In this document: piece after piece, positions 52,190 through 64,000 of the stretch
Numbering within the stretch: the first letter of the stretch is position 1
Layout: the number at the start of each line of letters is the position of its first letter
NCBI RefSeq assembly: GCF_963921235.1
Contig: NC_086118.1
Span: 27,778,001-27,842,000, forward strand
DNA: 64,000 nucleotides
Direction: 5' to 3'
DNA from: Mobula hypostoma
Taxonomy: Eukaryota
The notes under the pieces: model-generated
What the model was told of the DNA's origin: nothing
The model's input: only the letters and a program-made list of their open reading frames with translations
Databases searched by the model: none
Translations under genes and position numbers: made by a program

Positions 52190-53152
52190 TTGCTGAGTCC
52201 TCTTCTGTACTCCCTTTTCACCTATGACTGCATTCCTGTACATGGTTCTAACTCCATAATCAAGTTCGCAGACGACACCACGGTGGTTGGCCTAATCAGA
52301 GGGGATGATGAGACGGCCTACAGGGACGAAGTCCAGCACCTGGCCGCATGGTGTACTGACAACAACCTGGCCCTTAACATCCAGAAGACCAAGGAGATCA
52401 TTGTGGACTTCAGGCATGCTAGGAGCCACACTCACGTCCCCATCTACATCAACGGAACTGTAGTGGAGCGTGTATCAAGCTTCAAATTCCTTGGTGTCCA
52501 CATTTCCAAGGATCTCACCTGGTCCCTGAGCTCCTCCAGCCTGATCAAAAAGGCACAACAGCGCCTTTATTTCCTTCGGAGCATCAAGAAAGCTCACCTC
52601 TGTCCCATGATATTGATGGACTTTTACCACTGTACCATTGAGAGCATACTCACCAACTGTATCTCAGTGTGGTACGGCAATTGTCCCATATCGGACTGCA
52701 AAGCACTCCAGCGTGTGGTGAAAACTGCCCAGCGGATTATCGGCACCCAATTGCCCACCGTTGAGAACATCTACCGTAAACGCTGCCTGGGCAGGGCGAA
52801 AAGCATTATCAAGGATGCATCTCACCCTAACTATGGACTTTTTACTCTCCTCCCATCCGGTAGGCACTACAGGAGCCTCTGCTCCCGCACCAGCAGGCAC
52901 AGGAAGAGCTTCTTCCCTGAGGCTGTGACACTGCCGAACCTCACATCACAGTGTTAAGCAGTATTGCATCCGTATTGTATTGTCTCAGTACTTTTATATT
53001 TGTGTGCTGTAGCACTTACTTTTTATTCGCAGTTATTTTGTAAATAACACTATTCTTTGCATTTCTCGGTTAGATGCTAACTGCATTTCATTGACTTTTT
53101 ATCTGTACTCGACACAATGATAATAAAGTTGAATCTAATCTAATCTAATCTA
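52190..53152 (+). mobile_element. Young 5'-truncated Rex1/Babar-like LINE (open 255-codon RT C-terminus)
   Basis: LSPLLYSLFTYDC..IKFADDTTVVGLI..KTKEIIVDFR..FKFLGVHIS..KKAQQRLYFLR; AATAAA plus (AATCT)n tail. Confidence 0.93.
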
Positions 53153-53214
53153 AAAGCTGCCTCCTATTGAGAGCTCACAGCATGTTGTATAAAATTATGT
53201 TGTTGTTTCTTTTC

Positions 53215-53390
53215 ACACCGCGTGGCACATGGGACGGCATTTATGCCGTTTCTACAGCATTTGATTGTTTTTTTTATGAGACCAACGTTCAACTCAGCGC
53301 CAGCGGAAAGCACGCAAGGAGCTGACCGGATTCAAACACAGAAACATTGACCTCGAAGACTGATGCTGATGCCTCCACAGCATTGGCCAG
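53215..53390 (-). mobile_element. Degraded tRNA-derived SINE
   Basis: TCAACTCAGC..GGAAAG..GGATTCAAAC..GCTGATG parallels 2897-3005. Confidence 0.55.
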
Positions 53391-53656
53391 CACTACATGA
53401 TGTACTGATATTAATCTCTTCTAGATACTTAATTCAATGACATTTGATTTCTGCTAATTAAAGTAAGTGTATTGCAATAGTTTGAGAAATGTAGTATACT
53501 TAACCGTCATTGCTGTACCTGTACACGTAAGGATCAGAAAGGAAATACTGTGCATTAACCAGCTACTTTGATGTGTGTTGCTTGAATTTCCAGCATCTGC
53601 AGAATTCCTGTTGTTTACTGTATCCACCATTGTTTATGGGCGTGCTTATCAAAATT

Positions 53657-54327
53657 AGATTATGGGGACACTCAGTCCTCGTTTATTGTCATTTAGAAAT
53701 GCATGCATTAAGAAATGATACAATGTTCCTCCGGTATGATATCACAGAAACACAAGACAGACCAAGACTAAAACTGACAAAAACCACATAATTATAGCAT
53801 ATAGTTACAACAGTGCAAAGCAATACCGTAATTTGATAAGAGCAGACCATGGGCACAGTAAAAAAAAGTTTCAAAGTCCCGCTAGCCCCAACATCTCACG
53901 CAGACGGTAAAAGGGTGAAACTCTCCCTGCCATGAACTTCCAGCGCCGCAAACTTGTCGATGCAGCATCCTGGAAGCACCCGACTACAGTCCGACTCTGA
54001 GTCCGTCCGAAAACTTAGAGCCTCCGGCCAGGCCTCCGACACCGAGCTCCGAACACCATCTCTGCCAGGTACTTCAACCCCGCCCTCGGCTGCCAAGCAA
54101 CAAGCAAAGCCAAGGATTTGGGGCCTTCCCCTCGGGAGATTTCGGATCACACAGCAGCGGCGGCAGCAAAACAGGCATTTCAGAAGTTTCACCAGATGTT
54201 CCTCCATGCTCTCACATCTACCTCCATCAAATCAGAATTGTTCACGGCATCCTACTTAACAGATAACAGATATTCATCACCGGAGAGGCCACGCGTGCTG
54301 CGTCGCGTCGCCATCTTCTGCTCCTCC
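53657..54327 (-). mobile_element. Non-coding retroposon family B, full-length
   Basis: Starts GGAGGAGCAGAAGATGGCG; 8-bp TSD TCAAAATT at 53649-53656 and 54328-54335. Confidence 0.85.
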
Positions 54328-54749
54328 TCAAAATTCAATAATGAGAACTACTTATTTATTTAAAATGAGGAACAGCTTCTGTTTTTCCATTATTTTTCTG
54401 AGATTGTACAGGATGTTGTAATATCGACATTCCTTCTACCAAGATCAAAAAGGAACTCATGATTTTCTTCCAGTAAATCGTGATTGTAATAAATTGTTAG
54501 CTGGGTTGATCTTAGTTTGCTGCAGGTCATTTCACTGAACAATGGAAAGCTACATGAAGTGCAGAAAATGGCTTCATTTGCCTCAGGCCCAACGTTACTG
54601 GCAAATTTGTCATCCTTCTGGAAATGATTAACTTAAAAAGATGCTTGTATCTTTTACTTAGTCAGAAATGCCTCTGCCTACCAGACCACTTTTGATGTTC
54701 AACTTGTTTAATTACTGCCTTCTCTGCTGAGGTCAATCTCATCATCACA

Positions 54750-56705
54750 GTCATACAGCATGTAAAATGATTCTTCCGCCCACCATGTTTATGTCAATCT
54801 TTATGCCCATCTACACTAATCCCATTTGCCCTCATCAGTTGCATATCCTTCTGTGCCTTGTCTATTCAAGTGCATCTCTGACTGCTTCTTAAATATAGTG
54901 ATTCATTCTTATTCTGCTTCCTTCTCTGGCAGCGCATTCCAGATGTCAATTACTCGGTGTAAAAGAAAATTTTCCCTCAAAACTTCCTCTCACTTTAAAT
55001 GCATGCCCTTTTGTTTTCGATGGAAAAATTCTGACTTTTCATCCAATCCATGCTGTTTATGATTTTATATACCTCTATCAAGTCACACATCAGCCTTTTC
55101 GACTACCAGGAGAACTAGCCAAGACTTTCCAATTTCTCCCTCCAACTAGAAGCCTCAAATTCAGGTGAATCCTAGTGAATTTCCTTTGCATTTTCTCTAA
55201 TGCCAACACAACCTTTTATAGTGTGGAACTGTACTTTCCTCCCAGTGCTTCGTCAAGTCGTAATATGCCTTCCCAGCTTTTATATTCTGTGCTCTGACCA
55301 ATGGAGTCAAGCATGCCATTTGCCTCTTCACCACCCAATTAATCTGTGTGGTCACTTTCAGACAATCCTGTATTGAACTCTAAGATCTCTCTGTTCATAA
55401 ACATAGCTCAGTACCTTGTCATTTACTCCATTTCAATTTTACTCAATCTTGTTTTTATTGCAAGGGAGCCAGTTCAAGACAGTAGTAGAATCATAGAACC
55501 ACAGAGCACACAGCACAGAGCATAAACAGGCCACTCAGCCCATCCAGCCTGTGCCAAACATATATTCCATTTAGTCCCATTGGCCCGCTCCTGGACCATA
55601 TCCCTCCATACCTCTCCCATCCATGTACTTACTCAAACGTTTCTTAAGAATTGAAATTGAGCCTGCATACACCAATTCTGCTGGCAGCTCATTCGGTATT
55701 TACAGCAAGCTCTGAGTGGAGAAGTTTCCCTTCAGGATCCCCTTAGATAATTCACCTTTCACTCCTACACTATGACCTCTATTTCTCGTCTCATTGAACC
55801 TCAGTGGACAAGCCTCCTTGCATTTACCCCGTTTATACCCCTCATAATTTTGTATTCCTCTATCAAATCTGCCCTCCTGTGCTCTAAGGAATAAAGTCCT
55901 AGCATAACTTCAGGTACTGGTAACATCCTTGTAAATTTTCTCTGTACTCTTTCAAACTTAGTGACACCTTTCCTAAAGGCAGATGAATAGAACTGCACAC
56001 AGTTTTTCAAATTTTACCTCACCAACATAACATCCCAACTCCTGTACTCAGTACTCTGATTTACGAGGGCCAATGTGCCAAAAGCTCTCTTTAAGACCCT
56101 ATCAACTTGTGACACCACTTCCAAGAAATTAAGGGTCTGTATTCCCAGATACTTTGTTCTACTACACTCCTCAGTGCTTTACTGTTCAATGCCTAAGTCC
56201 TATCCTGGTTTGTCCTCCCAAAGTGACTTGACTGCATTAAATTCCATCTGCTATTTCTCAGCCTATTTTTCTTGCCGGTCCAAATCACATGGCAAACATT
56301 AGCCTTCCTTGCTGTCTACTACACCCCCAGTTTTGCTGTTATCTGCAAATTTGCTGATCCACATCAACAAATCTTTAATATAGATGACAAACAACAATGG
56401 ACCCAGCACTGATCCCAGAGACACACCACTAGTCACACGGACCTCCAGTCAAAAGGAAACCATCCACTTCCACTCATTAACTTCTCCAGCTAAGCTAATG
56501 TTGACTCCAATTTATTACTTCATCCTGAATGCCAACTGACTAAACCTTCTAGACAAGCCTCCTGTGCGGCTCTTTGTCAAAGGCCCTACAAAAGTCTATG
56601 TAGACAACGTCCACTACCTTTCCTTCATCAAGGTTCCTGATAACCTCCTGGAAAAACTCTATAACTTTGTTTAGATGTGACCTAGCAAAACACAAAGCCA
56701 TGTTG
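54750..56705 (-). mobile_element. Two tandem degraded CR1 3' fragments (~54750-55430, ~55490-56705)
   Basis: ORF 55801-56010 reads CVQFYS..ERVQRKFTRMLP..LGLYSLE; two CR1-type 3' ends are present. Confidence 0.75.
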
Positions 56706-57494
56706 TAGACATAAACTTGCGTGGAAGTTCTTCAGAGGCAATACAATCCATTTGGACAAGTTTTACTTCTGACTAAGAAGGCACAGTGAATCCTACAACT
56801 TATATTGGATTGTCTGTCAAGCTCCAATTGATCCCCATCTGCGTAGGAAAATCAGTTCTGTACCCCTTTCTGTTTTGTGCAATTGGTACTTGTTAGCTTC
56901 CCGACCCTACCCTGGCTTTAAGCTCTTTTTCTTCACAGTTTATTTTGCATTCCAATGATAATACTCCTTTCCATACATTTTGTAATACCTGCAATTTTCT
57001 AAGTAAAACAAAGGAACAGTTCTTTTGATAGGTCATCAGCTTGAAACATTAACTTTGTATTGTTCTCCACAGATGCTAGCAAACCTGTCAAATATTTTCA
57101 GCATTTCCTGTTTTTAAACTGAATAAAATAATTAACTCTGTATTTCAGCATCACTCCTACCTTTCTATCTGTGTATTAACCATTCTCATTCTACAAAAAA
57201 TTAAAATGGAAGGCAGAATACTAATGATTTACTGGCCTCTTTTGTACATCATTGGTAATTTGAAAAATACATATTTGTGTTGATTCAGCCTTCATATTGA
57301 ATGTGTTGTTTTCCTTCATTTATTCTTTTCCAGCCCTGTTACACGTCCCCTACATTATTTTTCACATCAAAATTACCAAACAGTATTCACATTCAACCAT
57401 ATTCTAAGTAAAAATCAAGGATACCATTCATGACTATGTGTTTTTTCCATGATTGAGGGAAACTGAGATCAGTTGTGTTATCAATAAATGCCAA

Positions 57495-58040
57495 GGTTCA
57501 AAGGTGCATGTACAGTACAACTCTGACATTCATCTTCTCCAGATAGCCACGGAATACAGAAAAACCATGGGAGTTGTTGAAAGAAAAGGTATCAACCACC
57601 CCTCCCTGCATGTATAAGAAAAAGAAAGGAACCTCTCAAGCCCCCCAACCCCCCACCCGCTCCCTCACACAAAAAAACTAACAGATCGCTCACACGGAAA
57701 AATGGCAGCTGGAACATTAAAAACCCAAGGCCCCAGCCCCCTCCCTTGTAAAACAAAAATAGCGACAATAACATCAAACCCCCAACTCCCTCCCACACAA
57801 AAAAGGACAGCAACAATAGTATTAAACTTCTAACCCCTCTCTCACACACAAAAACTAACAGATCGCCTACGCAGAAAAATACCAACAAAAACATTGGAAC
57901 CCAAATCCTCAACTCCTCCCTCATACTAAAAGTATTGTCTGCCCATCAATCAGCAGCAAAAAAGAAAATGCAAAAAACTGAAGGAAACCAATATATACTA
58001 CAGTCCAATAACCACATAAAACTCAGTATAACAAAAGCAC
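57495..58040 (-). repeat. Non-coding repeat family C with internal repeats
   Basis: Similar to 31780-32370; CTCACACA..AAAACTAACAGATCGC recurs at ~57664 and ~57841. Confidence 0.6.
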
Positions 58041-58070
58041 TACAGAGAAAATAAAATCAGGTAAAGATGT

Positions 58071-58928
58071 TGTTACGAGAATACACATAAAATTAAGATG
58101 TTTGCTGGCCTGGGCTAGCATCAGTGGCATCAGCAGTTGGTCTGCCACCTGTCCTCAGGGGAAGGAGAGATAAGGAACAATGGAGCAGCGTCTGGAGATG
58201 TGTAATGAAGGGATGTGGGAGAGAGAGCTGTCTGGAGCGGCTCCCCCCTTTGAACCCTGAACTGTTTGAAGTGATGGACAGGCGATACCCCAGCAGGGGG
58301 ATAAAAAGGGACAGGTTCGCTAAGACAGACACACACGCCACCCGAGGTAACGAGACCCTGGAAGCGGTACGCTTCTCACGAGTGGGTGAGAAGTACCAGA
58401 CAACGACCAGGGTGGAAAGGTACGATCAGCGGGAACCCGGTGTGTGTCCGCCCTTGCCTGGGTGCCGGGTTCACTGCAGAGGATCGACCGCATCTGGAGG
58501 AGGGGTCACAGTCGGTGACCCCAGGTGACATCACCAAGGACCCGCCCAAATGCTGTTTGTGAGCCATCTCGCTGGTCTGTGAGTGAAGCCGTTCTGAATG
58601 ATGAGTTGTTCCTGTTCTCTCTGTCTCTTCCCCCACCTTGTCCATCGCCATGGCAACGATTACTGCAAACTGAACTACTAAATGGACTGAACTTTGAGTC
58701 ATTTTGAAATTGGTCATTTACCCCTAACAACGATAGAGCTTGATTGATGCTGTTATCTTAATTCTGTGCACATGTGCGTTTATCATCGCTGAACTGTTGC
58801 ATTTATTATCCTTTCGATTAATGTGTTGCTTGTTTCTTTAATAAAACTTTCTTCGTTCTAGTACTCCAGACTCCAACTGAGTGATCCATTTCTGCTGGTT
58901 TGGCAACCCAGTTACGGGGTACGTAACA
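58071..58928 (+). mobile_element. Solo LTR (858 bp), probably Gypsy/ERV-type
   Basis: TGTTACG...CGTAACA terminal inverted repeat; 4-bp TSD ATGT at 58067-58070 and 58929-58932; GATAAAA TATA-like at ~58300 and AATAAA at ~58840. Confidence 0.92.
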
Positions 58929-60219
58929 ATGTATATATGACAAAAGTTTTATTTGAGAACGTCACCTACTTGTCCACAGCAAAGTGCAGAAAAATGCGGA
59001 AAAGAAAATAACTCAAGCTAAGGAAATCATCAAAATACTGTTTAAAATAACATGAATTCTGGGTTAACACAACTAATATGTTATGAGTTGTAACTTTAAA
59101 ATGCTAAATGCTAAATATCACGCTGCTTTTAAATATGAAAAAAACTTTAATATGCTGAATTGACATTAATGCGTAAAACTACAGTTTAACAAAGACATTT
59201 TTAAGCATGGTGGATATTAAGAGGATAAATGTAAGTCAGAAACATTTTCTGGTTTCCACAGTGAAGCCAACTAATTCAGGATTTCCAACACAACTGTGGT
59301 AGGCAGGACAGAGATAGGCAGATATTGGACTCACAGTGTGTGACACATTATCATTGGTTTGCCAGCTGCAGAGCATTAATGCCAAAATGTCCTTGTGATT
59401 AATTGATCCTGTTGACTGAATTAGAATCAGAACCTAAACAGAATCAGGTTTAATATCACTGACATATGTCATGAAATTTGTTGTTTTGCAGCAGTAGTAC
59501 AGTGCAATGCACAGCAAATACTACATACAACCAGGAAACTCACAGGGACCATCTTTTACTATGGGGAACTGTGAAAATTTGCAAAATGCTTCAATCCATA
59601 TCTTTAGAAGGTCCCGATTAATGGAGGAACTTTTTGAACTGTAATGCTTTGAGGTAAAGGCAGCTGGAATCAGGTAAGACAGGATCTTCTGACAAGAACA
59701 AAATATAATACAGACAGGAGCAGCCACTAGTACAGATCAAAAGCTGCCCGTCTTTCAATAAGCAACTCATGACTTAACTCACCAAAACTTTCCACCATCT
59801 GCAAGGGGCAAGTCAGGTCTGTTGCCTACTGGCTAAGGTGTGTGCTACCTACAAAATGTACTGTAGTTACTCACCTAGCTTACCTTAAAAGCATTTTCTA
59901 AACCATGAAGTTTCCCACCATGATAGACCAGGTACTAGGTAAGCAAGTAAATGGGACACCTTTATCAGTACGTTTCCTTCCAAATGGCACACTCCAGATT
60001 TACGAATGTGTTACTATGAGATCACTTCTGCACAATAATGAAAATATATTCACCAGGAATGCAGAAATTCAAGATGGTAACTTTCTTAAAGGCAATTAGT
60101 GGTGGACCGTAAATGTTGGCCTTACTAATATATCAACTGCCTATAAATAAAACAACAAGAAAATAATCCTATCTTTAGGCGTAGCATTTCAAAAATAAGA
60201 GCTCACCATCAAACACACA

Positions 60220-60460
60220 TTCGGCAAAATGACACAGCAGGTCATGAGCATTTCTCACTGCTCCAGTAACCAGGGTTCTATCTTGACATTTGGAGCTGTC
60301 ATTGTGAAGAATGCTCTTTCAGTGATAGTATGACATTCTCCTGGATTCTGCAGTTTGCCCCCACATCCCAAAAATATGTTATTTGGTAGGTTAATAACTC
60401 CTGGTATGGAGTTGATGGGCAGGTGAGAGAGTATGGGCTGCAGATAAGTGTATGTGTGTG
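60220..60460 (+). mobile_element. Degraded tRNA-derived SINE
   Basis: B-box-like GGGTTCTATC followed by core CAGTTTGCCCCCACATCCCAAAA. Confidence 0.5.
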
Positions 60461-60509
60461 TGAGATAAAAATACTACAACTGTGGAAATTATCATCCAAT
60501 GATCCTGTG

Positions 60510-61492
60510 TTCTCTGTCTCAGATGACGACGTCAGTAACAACTTTCAAGGGGATGAACCCTCAAAAGGTGTACCTGGCAGGGTGTGATGAAGTGCTTTGA
60601 GAAATTAGTCATGCTCGATCAACTGCCTAAGAAAGGACCTGGACCCATTGCAATTTGCCCATTGCCACAATAGGTCTACATCGGATGCAATCTCACTGAC
60701 TCTCCACTTGGCCTTGGATCACCTGGACAATAGTAACACTTAAATCGGGCTGCTGTATATTGATTACAGCTCAACGTTCAACACAATCATTCACTCAGTT
60801 CTAATCAAAAAGTTCCAAAACATGGGCCTCGGTACTTTCTTCTGCAACTGGATCCTTGATTTCCTCACCAGGAGACCACAGTCTAAGCAGATCGGAAATA
60901 ATATCTCCTCCTCACTGACAATCAACACTAGCGCTATTCAAGGATATACTTCTCTACTTTTCTACTCTTTCTACACCCACGGCGGGACACAGCTCAATTA
61001 TCATCTATAAATAATATCATCCGAGGGTATTCTAATTGGTTGCATCACTGTCTGATATGTAGGGGTTAGTGCACAGGATCAAAAAAAAGCTGTAGAAAGT
61101 TTTAAACTCAACCAGATACATCATGGGCACCAGCTTCCTCACCAACCAGCACACCTTCAAAAAGTGATGCCTAAAAAAGGCAGTATCCATCATTAAGGAC
61201 CCCCATCACCCAGGACATGCCATCTTTTCATTGCTACCATCAAGGAGGAGGTACAGGAGCCGAAAGACACACACTCTACATTTCATGAACAGCTTCTTCC
61301 CCTCTGTCATCAGATTTCTGAATGGACAATGAACCTATGAACACCTCCTCAGTATTTTTCCCTCTTTTTTTCATTACTTATGTAATCTATTTTTATATAT
61401 AAAGTAATTAACACTATATATTGCATTGTACTGCTGCTGCAACACAATAAATTTCATGACATATGCTGGTGATATTAAACCTGATTCTGATT
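60510..61492 (+). mobile_element. Rex1/Babar-like LINE, internally deleted
   Basis: ORF 60822 contains FCNWILDFLTRRPQ..SSSLTINT; tail AAACCTGATTCTGA as at ~33620. Confidence 0.82.
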
Positions 61493-63220
61493 GATAAAGT
61501 TGTACTGAAAGCTGGACATTAATTTGATGGATTAAATGGAATCTGTCTATGTTATGATAAGAAAGATCCCCTCTGTTGTAAGAAATTCAACTGCAGAGGT
61601 ATTCATAAACTCACCTTTGAAACTTAGAACTAGAAATTAACAAACTAAGGGCTCTTTCAGAGATCAGATTTTTGCCTTTTTTAGCAATGACAGATTTATC
61701 TAACCCAGAGAGAATAATAAAATAAAAGCATTTCATTCTTGTATGAACTTGTTCTCTGCAGTTTGTAAAATATTCTGTACTTTCCTTCCTCTTCCTCCGT
61801 CCACTAGCAAGATCACATTTGCACTATGATCATTAGCACCCATTTACATCAATTAGTGATATTCAAGCTGAGACCTTGCTTCTAAAGGGAATCCTGAATT
61901 AAATCTCTTGGCATGGATCAAGAGAATCGAATTGCTTCAACATATCAAACAAGGAAAATAATATTTAATACAGAGCCTTTCTATCATTCTATTAAATAGT
62001 TGGAATATTTACCATGTTGACTGCAGATCTTCAACTTCTTGCAAAGAAAAATGGACTTAATTCTTAAATGAGTACAAATCAAATTTATACTGAGGTGGGT
62101 ATCATTTCTGAATTTGATGAGACTGAAAGAATAGAATGAAGAACAAAATGCTCTCTTCCATGCTTTACATTCAAACATAAAGTATGCCTAAAGTGCAGTT
62201 CCAAAGACGAAGTTAATTTTATCCACCAGATCTTGTTCTTCACAATGGAGAGACATTGGTCACTGAGAATCTTAATGACTTAATATTTTTAACCTAGAAG
62301 CCTCCTCTCTGTCAGCATCTTGACTGACCAGTTTTAGATTTTGCAGCAAGACGACAAGCGGTGATTGAGGCTGGAGCTTCCACTGAATAATTTAGAGTTC
62401 CTGAATGTACATAAACATTAAACAAGAACCATCTGTAAAATGTGTACAAAACTGACGAGGTGCTGTCATATTGATCTCTGTGAGGGGTCGGTTTAAAATG
62501 TCTGTGCAGTTTAGCACACGTTGTAGGACTGTAGAAACCTTTGTCATCTACCCATGTGTACAAAACCTCTATACTAAACCATCAGCACAGCGAATGAGGA
62601 GGAAATGGTGATAATATCATTCAAAAAACATACTGAGGAGACTCCATTATTGTTTTCCACTCAAAATAATGAATACTACATTCTACTTTATGTAACATGA
62701 TCTAACACATCAGAATATAACCTATTTTCCATTCAATTCATGTATTATATTTCCTAATCTAATTCAATGTAAAGATTTTACAATATTCACTTTCTTTGAG
62801 ATTAAAGAAAATCAGGCATTATTATATTTTTATACACATAAAACTTGAGAGCATATCCATGTATGTCTCCAAGCAGTGAGATACCGATGTGATACATTAA
62901 TCTCTCAGCCATGAGTAATCCTCAGAACGGTTTCAGCTCTTCACTCTCTTCACATTATTTGCATCATTTCAATAACTCTTGAGTTTCGGTTCACATTGGA
63001 TTTTTGCAGTGCACGCACATTTACTATTGAAAGCAGTATTTCATGTTACAACAAGAAAAAGCAAAGACTTCAAAGTATTAACTTTGAAATGCGAGTGTAT
63101 TGCTGTTTCATATCATTGTTACACACTATTCTGCACTACATTTATCACAGTAGCAATGTAAATGTAGTATGAAAGGTTTCTAAAGGAACCAAAAGCTGAA
63201 TAAATGATAATGAGTAGCTC

Positions 63221-63239
63221 CAGGGCCCCCTAGTGGTCC
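63221..63239 (-). promoter_or_regulatory. Candidate CTCF binding site
   Basis: Minus strand GGACCACTAGGGGGCCCTG closely matches the CTCF core CCASYAGRKGGCRS; lies in AT-rich unique DNA. Confidence 0.5.
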
Positions 63240-63819
63240 TTTTCAACCAAGAGTTGAACGTCCTTGAATTACTCCTGATGTTGTTATTCATTATAAATAT
63301 TTAACTAAACATTGATGCATGTTTACAAAAAAAATCAAAGTTATACTGTGAAAAGTTTGTGTATTTTCATTGCCCTTCAGTAACACTGCTAACTGACTTG
63401 AAAGGACATCACAGCTATGGTTGGAAATTTCAGTTTCAGCTGGGAATGCCAAACATGCTGTTCCCTGAGCTATTAAAATTCATGAGATAAACTTGTTTCC
63501 ATAATGCTGTTTGGTTTGGAAGTGAATGACAACAACTGAACAGTGATAATTTTTCGAAGCAGGTTCCCACATACCCTGGAGGTAATTTGCATCCTTGGCC
63601 AGGATTGGAGAGGTGTTCCCAAACTAAGCTTGTCAACTTCTGTCAGGGTATCATGTAGATAGAGTCCACTGCAGTATTTGTACTGGTGGTATGAGAGGAA
63701 CTGATGTCTAGATTGCTTTGTCTTGGATGATGTTAAGCTCCTGAAGCTGTTACCCAGCATATGGCTTGCTGTCGTTGCCACAGCCTTTTTGCAATTTGGT
63801 CCAATTGTGGTTCTAATCA

Positions 63820-64000
63820 CTGCGCAAGTGTGTTGACATCAGTGAGTTAGGCCGGCGGGAGGCATTTTAAAGGAAAGAGTTTTTTCTTCAGCGGTTTGAT
63901 CGAGGCATGACTGCACAAGTGCGTGGACATCAGCAAGTTAGACCAGCAGGAAGGATTTAAATAGAAGACAGCTTTATAGAGCGGGCATCAGAGGAGCAGG
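63820..64000 (+). repeat. Imperfect direct repeat, possibly a LINE 5' UTR running off the window
   Basis: CTGCGCAAGTGTGTTGACATCAG..TTTAAA (63820-63871) is similar to CTGCACAAGTGCGTGGACATCAG..TTTAAA (63911-63961). Confidence 0.5.

Noticed and set aside
62312..62563. 83-aa minus-strand ORF in unique DNA
   Set aside because: No recognisable domain; the length is within chance expectation.

Overview
This is AT-rich, gene-poor eukaryotic DNA (intronic or intergenic). The repeat complement suggests a vertebrate, probably a cartilaginous fish, which is an inference. I found no host exon I can support, and no rRNA, true tRNA or CRISPR. The window is dominated by transposon relics: CR1 LINEs (two young copies share an in-frame TAG), Rex1/Babar-like LINE fragments, a Tx1/L1-like fragment, a Tc1 transposon split by a CR1, a solo LTR with a 4-bp TSD, tRNA-derived SINEs and several non-coding retroposon families. 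The most notable signal is a Penelope-like (RT + GIY-YIG) family whose 3' region carries a minimal hammerhead ribozyme motif (AGTC-CTGACGA-A-GGGT/CTCG/GCCC-GAAA-CG-TC^GACT). About ten copies occur. They range from a 2.4-kb inverted double element to a 178-bp near-perfect hairpin with the same end architecture, and several have 10-16 bp target-site duplications. Boundaries of old repeats are approximate; TSD and motif coordinates were read by eye.
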